This document shows, piece after piece, positions 1-10,994 of a stretch of DNA of 64,000 nt. The notes under the pieces are model-generated. The model was not told where the DNA came from and did not search any database. It saw only the letters and a list, made by a program, of their open reading frames with translations. The translations under genes and the position numbers were made by a program. The stretch's first letter is position 1, and every line of letters begins with the position of its first letter. This DNA comes from Macrostomum hystrix (lineage: Eukaryota > Animalia > Platyhelminthes): NCBI GenBank assembly GCA_950097015.1, contig CATNEN010000029.1, positions 2,728,001 through 2,792,000 of the forward strand. Direction: 5' to 3'.

Positions 1-1880
1 GCGTAGGGCCGCGGCCGACGGCGCAGCTTTTCAACTAGAACGGCGGAAACCCAGTCCGCATCGTCCGGGTGGAACATGAGGAAAGCGTCGCAGGCCTTGG
101 CCTCGCCGGTGCATTCATCGCGGTCGAAAGGGTGCAGGCCGCAGCTGGCGAACAGGCTGACGCGGCCACAGAATGCCGCTAGGAGGGCCATGGTGGCCAG
201 GGCTAGGATGGTGCTGATGGCCGAGGAGCTGAGGGCCAGCCGGTCGTAGCCTCGGTTGGCCGGCCGCGGCTCCGGCAGGTGGCAGAGTGCCGCCGGGCTC
301 AGCGTCAGCAGTGAGCGATCGCGTAGGCGCGGCGGCTCGGCGCAGCGCACGTCGTCCGGGGCCAGGAGGCGGTCCCGATGTGCTCGCAGCCAGCCGATCA
401 GCCAGCTGGCGTTGCAGCCGCAGTGCCAGGGATTGTGGTCAAGTCGGATGCGGCGCAGTCGGGGCAGCGACACTGTGAGCATCTCCTGATCCAGCTGGGT
501 GAGCAGGTTGTGGTGCAGCATGAGCTCCTCCAGGCTCTGCAGCTTGGCCAGGTAGCGGGCCGGCAGCTCTTCGAGACCGGTGCCGCTCAGATCCAGGCTG
601 GAGGCCTCGCGAAACACCTTCGGCATACCGGGCAGGCCGCGGCTGGCCATGCGACCGCCGCTGAAGTTGAAGCGATATGAATAGTCGCCATTAGCTGGCA
701 GCGGCGGCAGCTCCCGCCAGTGCGGCAGCCGGTCGAGGGTGGCGCCGCGACAGTCGACCAAGACAGCCCGGCGCCAGGGCTCCTCTGTGCAGCGGCAGCG
801 CCCGGCCGCCGAGTCCAGGCAGGGCTCGCGCCGGCAAGTCAGCTCGGCTGGCGCCAGAGCGGGCCGGAAGTCGGCGCCAACCAGCGGACGACGGCCTCGC
901 AGTTCTGCTGGCTCGAAGCATTCCGGCAGGGCGGCGGGACTTTCGAGCAGGGCGGCTAGCGGGGAGGCTCCCTTGCCGGCCGGGTAGAGAAGCGGGAAGT
1001 CCTCGCAGTCGCAGCGGAGCGGATTGCCAGCCAGGCTGCTGATCAGCGGGCGCCAGTTGACGCCGGGCGTCGGATGATTGTCCAACAGGTGCCAGCCTTT
1101 CAACAGGCTGCCAAGGTGCTGAATGCCATTTCCAATCAGGCTAATGTTGAGGCCGGCTTCCGCCAGGCGGTCTAGAGTCCAGGCAGACGTCCGTCGTTCG
1201 GCTGTGAAGCGGCGAATCCGATTGTGATCGAGCAGCAGCCGCAGTTGCCGCCTGAGACCCGGACGCGGCGACCCGGTCCGTTCAGCCAGCTCCAGGGGCC
1301 AGTCAGTCAGCTCGTCCAGGAGATTGCTGCTGAGGTCAATCCGGGTCAGATGGTCGGCGGCTGTTGTGCTGAATGCCACCGCGGAGATGTTGAAAAGCCG
1401 GTTGCGGGCCAGGCTCAATCGGCGAAGTCGCGGCGCCGCCAAGGACCCGTCGGCGAGGCTCTCAAGCCGATTGGCGTCAAGTACCAGGTCGCGGAGTTCG
1501 GCGAATCCAGCGAAGGCTCCGGCCGGCAGGTGGATGAGATCATTGCGGCTGAAGTTCAGGTAGATGAGGCGCGGCAGGCCGGACAGTCGGGTCAGAAGGC
1601 TGGCAGCCGAGCGGACTCGGCTGACGATCAGGACGTTGAGGTCGCCGCCAGCGAGGCAGTGGGTCATTGGGGTTAGTGCCGCGGAGTCAACAGCGAACGC
1701 GCAGTCCAGGTCCAGGTGCTGCTGCGCGAATGCGTACCGAAAAATGCAGACTGGGCAGGCCGCTGGGCAGAGCCGTCGGCAGTCTTCCTGGCCGATCGCA
1801 GCGGGGCAGGCCAACGCCAGGAGCAGCGTCAAAAGCTGAGCCAGCAGCTGCCAGGTGGAGCAGCTGCGCATGCGGCTCAT
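1..1880 (-). CDS. Toll-like receptor, multiple-cysteine-cluster (protostome) type; 3' end (most of the TIR domain) lies outside the window
   Basis: Manual translation of the minus frame (codons at 3+3n) is stop-free from ATG 1880 to the edge. It reads: MSRMRSCSTWQLLAQLLTLLLALACPAAIG (signal peptide); CRRLCPAACPVC (LRRNT); LRRs LIYLNFSRNDLIHL, LRDLVLDANRLESL, LRRLSLARNRLFNI, LTRIDLSSNLLDEL, LRLLLDHNRIRRF; LAGNPLRCDC..C..C (LRRCT); C..GRCRC..VLVDC (second LRRNT); SSLDLSGTGLEEL, LEELMLHHNLLTQL; LDHNPWHCGC..VRC..LC (LRRCT); TM LALSSSAISTILALATMALLAAFCG (~165-240); then HPFDRDECTGEAKACDAFLMFHPDDADWVSAVLVEKL (TIR box-1 region). An in-frame upstream ATG exists at 1943. Confidence 0.92.
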   Translation of the reverse strand, partial: MSRMRSCSTWQLLAQLLTLLLALACPAAIGQEDCRRLCPAACPVCIFRYAFAQQHLDLDCAFAVDSAALTPMTHCLAGGDLNVLIVSRVRSAASLLTRLSGLPRLIYLNFSRNDLIHLPAGAFAGFAELRDLVLDANRLESLADGSLAAPRLRRLSLARNRLFNISAVAFSTTAADHLTRIDLSSNLLDELTDWPLELAERTGSPRPGLRRQLRLLLDHNRIRRFTAERRTSAWTLDRLAEAGLNISLIGNGIQHLGSLLKGWHLLDNHPTPGVNWRPLISSLAGNPLRCDCEDFPLLYPAGKGASPLAALLESPAALPECFEPAELRGRRPLVGADFRPALAPAELTCRREPCLDSAAGRCRCTEEPWRRAVLVDCRGATLDRLPHWRELPPLPANGDYSYRFNFSGGRMASRGLPGMPKVFREASSLDLSGTGLEELPARYLAKLQSLEELMLHHNLLTQLDQEMLTVSLPRLRRIRLDHNPWHCGCNASWLIGWLRAHRDRLLAPDDVRCAEPPRLRDRSLLTLSPAALCHLPEPRPANRGYDRLALSSSAISTILALATMALLAAFCGRVSLFASCGLHPFDRDECTGEAKACDAFLMFHPDDADWVSAVLVEKLRRRPRPY

Positions 1881-3869
1881 GTCTTTCAAGCTCAGCCGAC
1901 GGCACTGACCTGTCTTCGCTTTCGCATGCTTTTGGCCACGCATATATTATAGCCAGAAATAGGACAGCATTGGTGTATGTCTTTTTATATCTGCGAAGCC
2001 CCCTCTTCCCAGTAGTCGCTCATTGGCTGGCAACGTCACAGGCCATAATCTGAGCTATATGCCAGCCAACTCCTGGACCTGGGGTTATCAGCTTGACAAT
2101 TAAATAAAATATGGCGAGCTACAGCATAAAGACAAGGCGCGGACGGAGGCAGGATACGTTTTGTAAAAGCGCTGCAACTGATGCCGTATGCCATCAATTA
2201 TGCAGGCCTGTCAGAGGAGGCGGGGAGCGGTATAGCGGGCCGCACTGACACGGCCGCTACATGGCACTGCCGTTGGCTCCATTTACTTTTAGTCTCCAGC
2301 CAGATTTACCTTTTAGGGGATAGCGTACGATAGCCGATGACGCTACAAAAGCCTGCCTGCTCTCAGAGGGGAACGCCCTTGAGACCGGGGTAGGAGGCCT
2401 GGTTTAACTCAACGTTCTCAATTCCCATCAGTGCCTGCTTGCAAACGTTAATAGCTGGCTATTGCATAATATTTCTGTGTCCCTTTTTTGCTTCTTTTTC
2501 ACTTTCCTCTTTCTTTAGTGTGCGAGTCGGTAAAGCGCATCAGACAATTGCAACAAAGGTCTTGAGCTCGATTCCGTGGCGATATTGTTTACCTTGATTG
2601 AGGGCCACATTCGGAGCCATTTTTGGTGCCACTAAGGTACTCACAAGCTGAGTACTCCTTACTTGTCATTAAATTAAAAATAGCCGAATCCTTCCGACCT
2701 CAGTCGCGTGCCTGTCGCTAGACACACCTGAGGATTTATTTTGTGCTCATTAAAGCAAGGCCAATTTAATATTCATTTGCTGCGCTGACGTCTTTTAATT
2801 CGAAGCGACTTCGTTCCGAGCGGCGTAGCGGATGCGCTCCACAGGAGGCACGTGCCTTCTGCTGAGGGCCTGTTTAGTTCTCGATCCCACTTCACCGCAG
2901 TTTAGACAATGCGAGCGGCCATCTGAGCACTGCACTGCTACAGCAAAAGCTGCGAAGGATTGTGTTCGCAGTGGAGGGGGCAATTCAGACCACAAAATTG
3001 CGGCTCGGGTCAAGCGATCAGCAGACAGTGAGAAGGAGGGGAGATACAGAAATTCTTCATATTTTTTTCTTCCGAATTGAAACAGTTGAGAGATAGTGGG
3101 GGGTAAGAGGAAACCTAGGTCCTAGGGTTAGATTGGCGGATCAAGTTTCAACTGTTCCAAAAATTTTGGCTTTCACTGTCTCAGTAGAAGAAACCTTCCC
3201 CCATCTCCCAAGCAGCAGCGGGAGGGTGGACAGGGGAATCGCTATGTATATAAAGGTGGGAATTGGGAATTGGGGCAGAAATTGACGCAGGAGCAGCAGC
3301 AGCAGCAGCAGCAGCTACATTAGCTCTTAACTATATGCACACCTATATGAAATTTCTGTATCACATGCCTCGAATAAATTGAGGGATTTAGTCAATACTG
3401 CAACTTACTCTCTGGCCAGTAAAAAAAGCACACACACCTACCCACACGGACACAGTTGAGCTGCGTCTATTCTGCACTTACAACTGTCGCTTTCACTCTC
3501 TGTGGGTAGCTGTAATTCTGGCGCATCCAGCTCAAACTTGAACACATTTTGCTGGAAAGCGGGCGAGGGCACACACTCAGCGCACACACTCACTTCACTG
3601 GACCCGAGAACACTGTGCTCAGTTCAGCACTCCGCTGTGCAAATTCGCCAGTTTAGACAGATCAGAGGCTTGAATCTTAATTTATATTCTCACCTGCTAA
3701 ATTAGCCCATGATTTTGTCTCTGATTTGTGGACGATCATATTGCCTCCTTCAGTAAGCTCAGCTGAGGGGTCAATAGGGTACAAAACTGCGCTTGTATAA
3801 ATGTGTTGCCCGTGTGGGTGAGTTGAAGCCAGGGCTGTGTGACCTTTGTCTATCCGGAATTGAGTACAA

Positions 3870-4254
3870 CAGGGGTCGGCATACTCCGGCCCGCGGGCCA
3901 TATGCGGCCCTCGAAGCTCCCAAATCCGGCCCGTTGCCCCTTCCAACACCTATAGTATCCTGTCTCATCTCTCCCCTGTCTCATCTCTCACCTGTCTCAT
4001 CTCTCCCTGTCTCATCTATCCCATGTCTCATCTCTCCCACGTCTTATCTCTCCCCTGTCTTATCTCTCACCTGTCTCATCTCTCACCTGTCTCATCTCTC
4101 CCTGTCTTATCTCTCAGGTGTCTCCCGTCTCTCTCCCGTCTCATCTATTCTCATATCTGTCTCATCCCTCCCCTGTCTCGTCTATCCCGTATCTCACCTC
4201 ATCTGTCTCATCGTTTCTCCGTGGTCCGCTCGCCAAAAAGTTTGCCGACCCCTG
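3870..4254. mobile_element. hAT-type non-autonomous DNA transposon (MITE)
   Basis: 16-bp TIRs CAGGGGTCGGCATACT (3870-3885) and AGTTTGCCGACCCCTG (4239-4254) match at 15/16. The 8-bp flanks GAGTACAA and GTGTACAA match at 7/8, consistent with a TSD. The subterminal CGGCCCGCGGGCC motif is typical of hAT ends. Confidence 0.85.
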
Positions 4255-4993
4255 GTGTACAATCATAGATTTTTTGTTTCTACGAGTTTCTACGAGTTCT
4301 CGTAGTTTCTAGCATTAGAAATCGACAGCTCCGAAAAGCTTCTAAAAAGCTTCTAAAGTGTTTAGTCAGATTGGACGACAAGCCTAGGAATGAACAAAGG
4401 AGGGAGTGTCAACTACTAACTGGTGTAGCATTTTTGTGACTGTGACTGCACTTCATCTATATCTTCCTTGCACTCGACTGATAAATATCGACAAGTTGAT
4501 CGACGCGCAAAAAGACTTCACGGCCGGTTGCTCGGTTGAAACTGACGGCATCGCAGTCTGCAGGGCCTGTCGAGCCGAAGCCACTCCGCAAAATGAATCA
4601 GCGGGTCACGCAATTTCGTGCCCATTCAAGCTCACCACCCGCTCGAAGCGCATTAGCTGACGAAGCCGGTGAAGTCCCTCAAAGGTGCTTTACTGAAATG
4701 GAACGTGTTTTGGTTGAGTTGAGCGCGAACTTCTTTCTGTGCCCAACGATTCCGAATATTCGATAAAAATAGACAAAAGCTCAAAGTTTTCTCGATCATG
4801 CGACTCAGAGTTATGCAGCCAAAAATCACTTTCTCTTAACGAATTGAGTAGAAGCCTCACAAAATCACCCAGAAGCACACCAACACAATATAATATTGAG
4901 AAATCACATCCACTAATCATATGTGAAAGTGACAATCTCAGAAGTGTTTTAATCCGAGCAAAATTTTGTTTCATTTTAGATAATAAAAACTGC

Positions 4994-5155
4994 TTATCTC
5001 TCCCCTGTCTAATCTCTCCCCTGTCTCATCTCTCCCCTGTCTCATCTCTCAGGTGTCTCCCGCCTCTCTCCCGTCTCATCTCTTCTCTATATCTGTCTCA
5101 TCCCTCCCCTGTCTCGTCTATTCCCGTGTCTCATCTCATCTGTCTCATCGTTTCC
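4994..5155. repeat. Second copy of the pyrimidine-rich TCTCCCCTGTCTCATC cassette found inside the MITE
   Basis: Near-identical to ~4050-4218 by eye; no TIRs next to it. Confidence 0.8.
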
Positions 5156-6575
5156 TTGTGACTGTGCACTGTGCACAGCTAATGGCAGTTTTATTAGCGT
5201 TTCCAATGCTTCCTTGTATCTTTGAATGGCTTATAAGGTGATTTTACTGCCTTGATAATCATTAACTTTATTGGTTCTGCTGACAAACCCATCGAGACAC
5301 TTAACTCCCTAGAACTATGAGCTAAACTAAAACAAAACGATTGCATCCTTATCCAATTAATCGTTTAAAAACCAATACGTGACTAGCTTCAAGCTTCAAG
5401 CATGAGCAGGTATGTTTGCTTCAGCATCACAATATGGATTTTGTGTCAGTTTTTGGCCAGTTATTTTAGACTCATTCTAGATATTGACGCCACAATGCCA
5501 ATGCTAACCATCCAGGTGTAAATACTATATAGCCTATGCACTTGGGCCCTCACCATGCATGCCTGTCAAACACGTGTCACAATCAAATGTGGTGACAGCA
5601 TTCTTATAAGCGAGCTTTAGAATTTCAATACTAGAACTATGCGAAATTCTTATTGCATACATTTTTTCGTCAAGTGTCACTTTCGCGTCCTTCAGCAACA
5701 ACTCAATTCTATATTTATCCATGGCAAACAATGAATTGTTTCAAGGGAATATTATAATACTCCTGTACATACAAGCGCACAGCTAATGACAGTTTTATTA
5801 GACGTATTTTTCACCTTTTTTAAAGTCTAAAGTTTACTAGCCTTTTAAAATCGCAATGGTGTACGCCCCCATTGTTCTTATAGTTTGCCGTTCTCCCACT
5901 TCCTAAATGTTTTGCCCCCACCCAGCCAGACTTGTGGAAGTCCTCTCTATTAATTATTATTCTCATGCCTGTTGTACATGTTAAGATAAGAGGGTTGGGC
6001 AAGGCCCTGAGGAGCAGGCGCGAGTCACAGTCGGGTCCAGAAGGCGTGATTTAAAATTAATGAAGCTTTCCTTTCCAAACGTGCTACGACTTCTTTACTT
6101 CCACTCTTGGCCCCTCTGTGCCACACATAGTCAGGGCGAGGGAGGGATGAGGATAGAAGATGAGTAAGGAGAAACTCAGTGAAAGAGGGGACGTGCTCAA
6201 ATATATTTAGCCACAAGCCGTGCAGTCAGTTACCAACGTATATAAACATTTATAAAAGTGATATTGCTTTGGCATCGTATGGCTCACTCAGTATAGTGAA
6301 ATTGCTCATCTGTGCTCAAATGTTAAGCAAGCATTCTAGTTGTGTTGATATTGCTAATATACTATAAGGCAAAATAATAATGAGCTGCGTTTCTGTAAGT
6401 CCACGAGTTGACAGTTCACTGAGAAGACAATAAAGGGACTGACGGCACTGCTATTAGCTTCATATTGGAAATCCGATAGGAAATCCGATCCTGAACTTGC
6501 GAAACAGACTGTCGAATAGCAATTAGCAGCTCGTGAGAGCAGAGAGTTGATATAAAAAAACAGAACAATAGCCAA

Positions 6576-8174
6576 ACTCGAAGCCATAGCAATACACAGA
6601 CTCGAAGCCAGAGCAATACACAGACTCGAAGCCATAGCAATACACAGACTCGAAGCCAGAGCAATACACAGACTCGAAGCCATAGCAATACACAGACTCG
6701 AAGCCATAGCAATACACAGACTCAAAGCCAGAGCAATACACAGACTCAAAGCCAGAGCAATACACAGACTCGAAGCCATAGCAATACACAGACTCGAAGC
6801 CATAGCAATACACAGACTCAAAGCCAGAGCAATACACAGACTCAAAGCCAGAGCAATACACAGACTCAAAGCCAGAGCAATACACAGCCTCAAAGCCAGA
6901 GCAATACACAGACTCAAAGCCAGAGCAATACACAGCCTCAAAGCTAGAGTAATACACAGACTCAAAGCTAGAGTAATACACAGACTCAAAGCCAGAGCAA
7001 TACACAGACTCTAAGCCAGAGCAATACACAGACTCTAAGCCAGAGCAATACACAGACTCAAAGCCAGAGCAATACACAGACTCTAAGCCAGAGCAATACA
7101 CAGACTCAAAGCCAGAGCAATACACAGACTCAAAGCCAGAGCAATACACAGCCTCAAAGCCATAGCAATACACAGACTCGAAGCCATAGCAATACACAGA
7201 CTCGAAGCCATAGCAATACACAGACTCGAAGCCAGAGCAATACACAGACTCGAAGCCATAGCAATACACAGACTCGAAGCCATAGCAATACACAGACTCG
7301 AAGCCATAGCAATACACAGACTCGAAGCCATAGCAATACACAGACTCGAAGCCATAGCAATACACAGACTCGAAGCCATAGCAATACACAGACTCTAAGC
7401 CATAGCAATACACAGACTCGAAGCCAGAGCAATACACAGACTCGAAGCCATAGCAATACACAGACTCGAAGCCATAGCAATACACAGACTCGAAGCCATA
7501 GCAATACACAGACTCGAAGCCATAGCAATACACAGACTCGAAGCCATAGCAATACACAGACTCGAAGCCATAGCAATACACAGACTCAAAGCCAGAGCAA
7601 TACACAGACTCAAAGCCAGAGCAATACACAGACTCGAAGCCATATCAATACACAGACTCGAAGCCATAGCAATACACAGACTCAAAGCCAGAGCAATACA
7701 CAGACTCAAAGCCAGAGCAATACACAGACTCAAAGCCAGAGCAATACACAGACTCAAAGCCAGAGCAATACACAGCCTCAAAGCCAGAGCAATACACAGA
7801 CTCAAAGCCAGAGCAATACACAGACTCGAAGCCAGAGCAATACACAGACTCGAAGCCAGAGCAATACACAGACTCAAAGCCAGAGCAATACACAGACTCG
7901 AAGCCATAGCAATACACAGACTCGAAGCTTGAGCAATACACAGACTCAAAGCCAGAGCAATACACAGACTCAAAGCCATAGCAATACACAGACTCAAAGC
8001 CAGAGCAATACACAGACTCGAAGCCATAGCAATACACAGACTCGAAGCCATAGCAATACACAGACTCTAAGCCAGAGCAATACACAGACTCAAAGCCAGA
8101 GCAATACACAGACTCAAAGCCAGAGCAATACACAGACTCAAAGCTTGAGCAATACACAGACTCAAAGCTTGAGC
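6576..8174. repeat. 24-bp minisatellite GCAATACACAGACTCGAAGCCATA (~66 copies)
   Basis: Direct reading; it generates the spurious CYGFESVY/ASSLCIAM ORFs. Confidence 0.97.
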
Positions 8175-8811
8175 AGTAGGGCCTCAGAACAGCCGGACAT
8201 ATATACAGATCTATAACAAGTTACAACCAGTCTAATCGATCTCAATAATAAAACTTATGGCATAGCAGTTAGTCGAATAAATGTAAATCAATCAAAGTGC
8301 ACATCGATCGATAGGAAGAAAAAAATGTTCCTTTAAGCCATCACTCTTACAGATAGATCTTAACACCTCCAATGAAAGGGCAGACCATTTTTTATCGAAT
8401 TTTTTCCTGTCCATCGCGAAATTCCTGTCCATCATTTGTTTCACGCTCAGCAACAGCTGCGAACTGCTCAGCATGACACAAACGCAGTGAGCAGCTTGCA
8501 GCTCATGGTTGTGCTATCTGGGCCACACTGCATTATTCATGATTATTCACTGGTGTCGATGCAAGCAATTCCTTGGCATCAACAATATCGTGTATTATAC
8601 TATAAGTAGCATATATAACATTCCAGTTAAAGTTTTCTTGAGTAAACACTGAAATTCCCAAATCAAATGGCATTATTGATTTTTTATTTACAGCTAAGAA
8701 ATCACGCAAAAATACTGCCAAAACATGGATTCTACTAAAAGATATTAGAATTTACTGTGACGGAATAACTTACCTACAAACAATACTACATTCTGCATGG
8801 GGTGTGCTTTT

Positions 8812-9385
8812 AAGGACCATCCCTTTTGAGAATGGGTGATTGAGGACCATTCCTTTTGAGAATGGGTGATTGAGGACCATTCCTTTTGATAATGGGTGAT
8901 TGAGGACCATTTCTTTTGAGAATGGGTGATTGAGGACCATTCCTTTTGAGAATGGGTGATTGAGGACCATTCCTTTTGAAAATGACAGATTGAGGACCAT
9001 CCCTTTTGAAAATGACTGATTCAGGACCATTCCTTTTGAGAATGGGTGATTGGGGACCGTTCCTTTTGAGGATTGGTTATTGAGGACCATCCCTATTGAG
9101 AATGGATGATTGGGGACCATTCCTTTTGAGAATGGCTGATTGAGGACAATTCCTTTTGAGGATTGGTGATTGAGGACCATCCCTTTTAAGAATGGGTGAT
9201 TGGAGACCGTTCCTTTCGAGGATTGGTTATTGAGGACTATTCCTTTTGAAAATGGCTGTTGAGGACCATTCCTTTTGAAAATGGGTGATTGGGGACCACT
9301 CCTTAAAAAACAGGTGATTGAGGAAAATTCCTTTTAAGAATGGCATATTGAGGACCATTCCTTTTGAAAATAGGTTATTGGGAAC
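8812..9385. repeat. 30-bp minisatellite GAGGACCATTCCTTTTGAGAATGGGTGATT
   Basis: Direct reading; each unit contains the inverted pair CCATTC/GAATGG. Confidence 0.95.
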
Positions 9386-9559
9386 CGTTCCTTTGGTGTT
9401 GGTTTCAAATGTGATCAAATCCCATTTGAAATCATAGGAACACATAAAACAATAAGGTAATTTAGCGAAATGAGAAATTAGTGCAAAAAGTATCCGCAGT
9501 ATAGTAGTAGACAGTTACACAACTGCGACTGTCACGCAACAGATAAATTGAAGTCTCAA

Positions 9560-10994
9560 TCACGAGTCAATGGTTGACACTTCCGAATCCTCTTTAGCAG
9601 CCGGAGGAAACACCGGCGAACTGTCATCATCGTCGTCATCGTCTCCCAGTTCAACAGCATCTTCGGCGTCAACGTCAGCTTCTTCAGCGACATTGTCCAA
9701 TTCGTCGTCATTCGGCGCGTCCAGAAAGCGATCCAGGTCCGCCTCGACAGCGTCGTCTAGAGGGGGTGGCGGCAACAGATCCGCGGCGTCGACTGCGGCT
9801 GCAACGGCGGCAACAGGCTGGTCACCGCTGCCGATACTGCCGCCACCGCCGCCACCGGCGCCGCCGCTGCTGCTGACGCTTGGAGCCCGCTCAGTGTGGC
9901 CATGCTCCTTGAAGAACTCCATATCGCGCTGGAACTCCTAATTTTTAGATTGATTTATTAGGCGATGCCACATTCGTAGCCGCAGAGAAAAGGCTCGGGA
10001 GCTTGTCTTTCAATTTACGCCCTTGAGGGCCAAGCTTCATGGCATAGGGAGAGTGTACACTGCCTAACGATGAGAAGTCAATGCAGATGTACACACCTGT
10101 ACATGTGTACGCACATGCTCAGGAGTCAGCGGAATGGGTAGTCTTGCCTCCTAGCTAGCAACTATTAGTATTAACCAGGATTTACAAGCGCTCACCTGTT
10201 CAAAGGCGCGCTGCCGTTCCAGCAGAGCCGCCTGCCTGCTCTGCTCCAGCGCGTGCACCCTGCCGGCGTGTCGCTGGGCCAGCTGGACCCGGCGTCGTTC
10301 CAGCTCTTCGGATCGGCGCCGGCTGTGCTCCAGCAGCTGGTAATTGTGCGCGTGCTGGTCGCGCCGCAGCTGGCCCCACTCCGCCTTGGGGAGGTGGGAG
10401 CGGACGAGGATCAATTGAGGGCGATCGTCACTTAAATTTCACCAGCAAGTTACCAACCTGGTTCTCCAGCAGTGCTAGCTCGTGCTCAACTTCCCGGCAG
10501 CTCTGCTCTAGACTATCCAATAGGGCGCCGATGCACTCCAGGCTGGCCAATGTGCGCGGCAATTCGCAAGCCTCTCGCTGCAGAGCCGACCAGGCGGCGG
10601 CTTTTGACTTGGCCCGATTTGACACAACCGCTGCCAGACGGCCGACCCGATCGACCGACTGGCCAATCGCGTCGCCGCCCCGATGAATCTCGGACCAGTG
10701 GCGCTGGTATGAGGCCAGCAGGTCTGCGCCCGGGAGAAGGCAGCCAGCTGGCGATATGTGAAGCTGCTGGGCATCGGGCCTTGGTGGGTGGAATAATTTA
10801 GAATACTGCCATTATATTTTGCTTTAATAAACAGCTTAGGACGAAATTAGGCAAACTTACCTATTGTCTTCCACAATCTGTTTTAATGAGCTATCAAACG
10901 AGGCACTAGCTTTAACTTTAAGCTGGCTCAAGTTCTGGTTGATGTCGTCAGATACTTCCGATAGCTTCTTACCAATACTTCGAAGAAAATTCAT
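9560..10994 (-). CDS. DTNBP1: Dysbindin (dystrobrevin-binding protein 1, BLOC-1 subunit 8), 4 exons, 340 aa
   Basis: Exons 10994-10861, 10779-10458, 10384-10196 and 9937-9560, all GT-AG with consistent phases (total 1023 nt). PGADLLASYQRHWSEIHR matches human AGLELLSRYEDTWAALHR, and LLERQRAFEQEFQRDMEFF matches LKERQKFFEEAFQQDMEQY. It has an acidic C-terminal tail containing DLDRFL. Human sequences are recalled from memory. Confidence 0.88.

Noticed and set aside
256-2053. Plus-strand ORFs (77-150 aa) in the track
   Set aside because: They are antisense shadows of the GC-rich TLR coding frame on the minus strand.
6354-8216. 368-aa Cys/Tyr-rich (CYGFESVY)n ORF and overlapping ORFs, superficially like a keratin-associated or adhesive protein
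   Set aside because: They are confined to a 24-bp array that is open in several frames on both strands, with no signal peptide or unique flanking coding sequence.
8812-9385. Hairpin-containing 30-bp repeats resembling a CRISPR array
   Set aside because: Units are head-to-tail with no unique spacers, there are no cas genes, and the context is eukaryotic.
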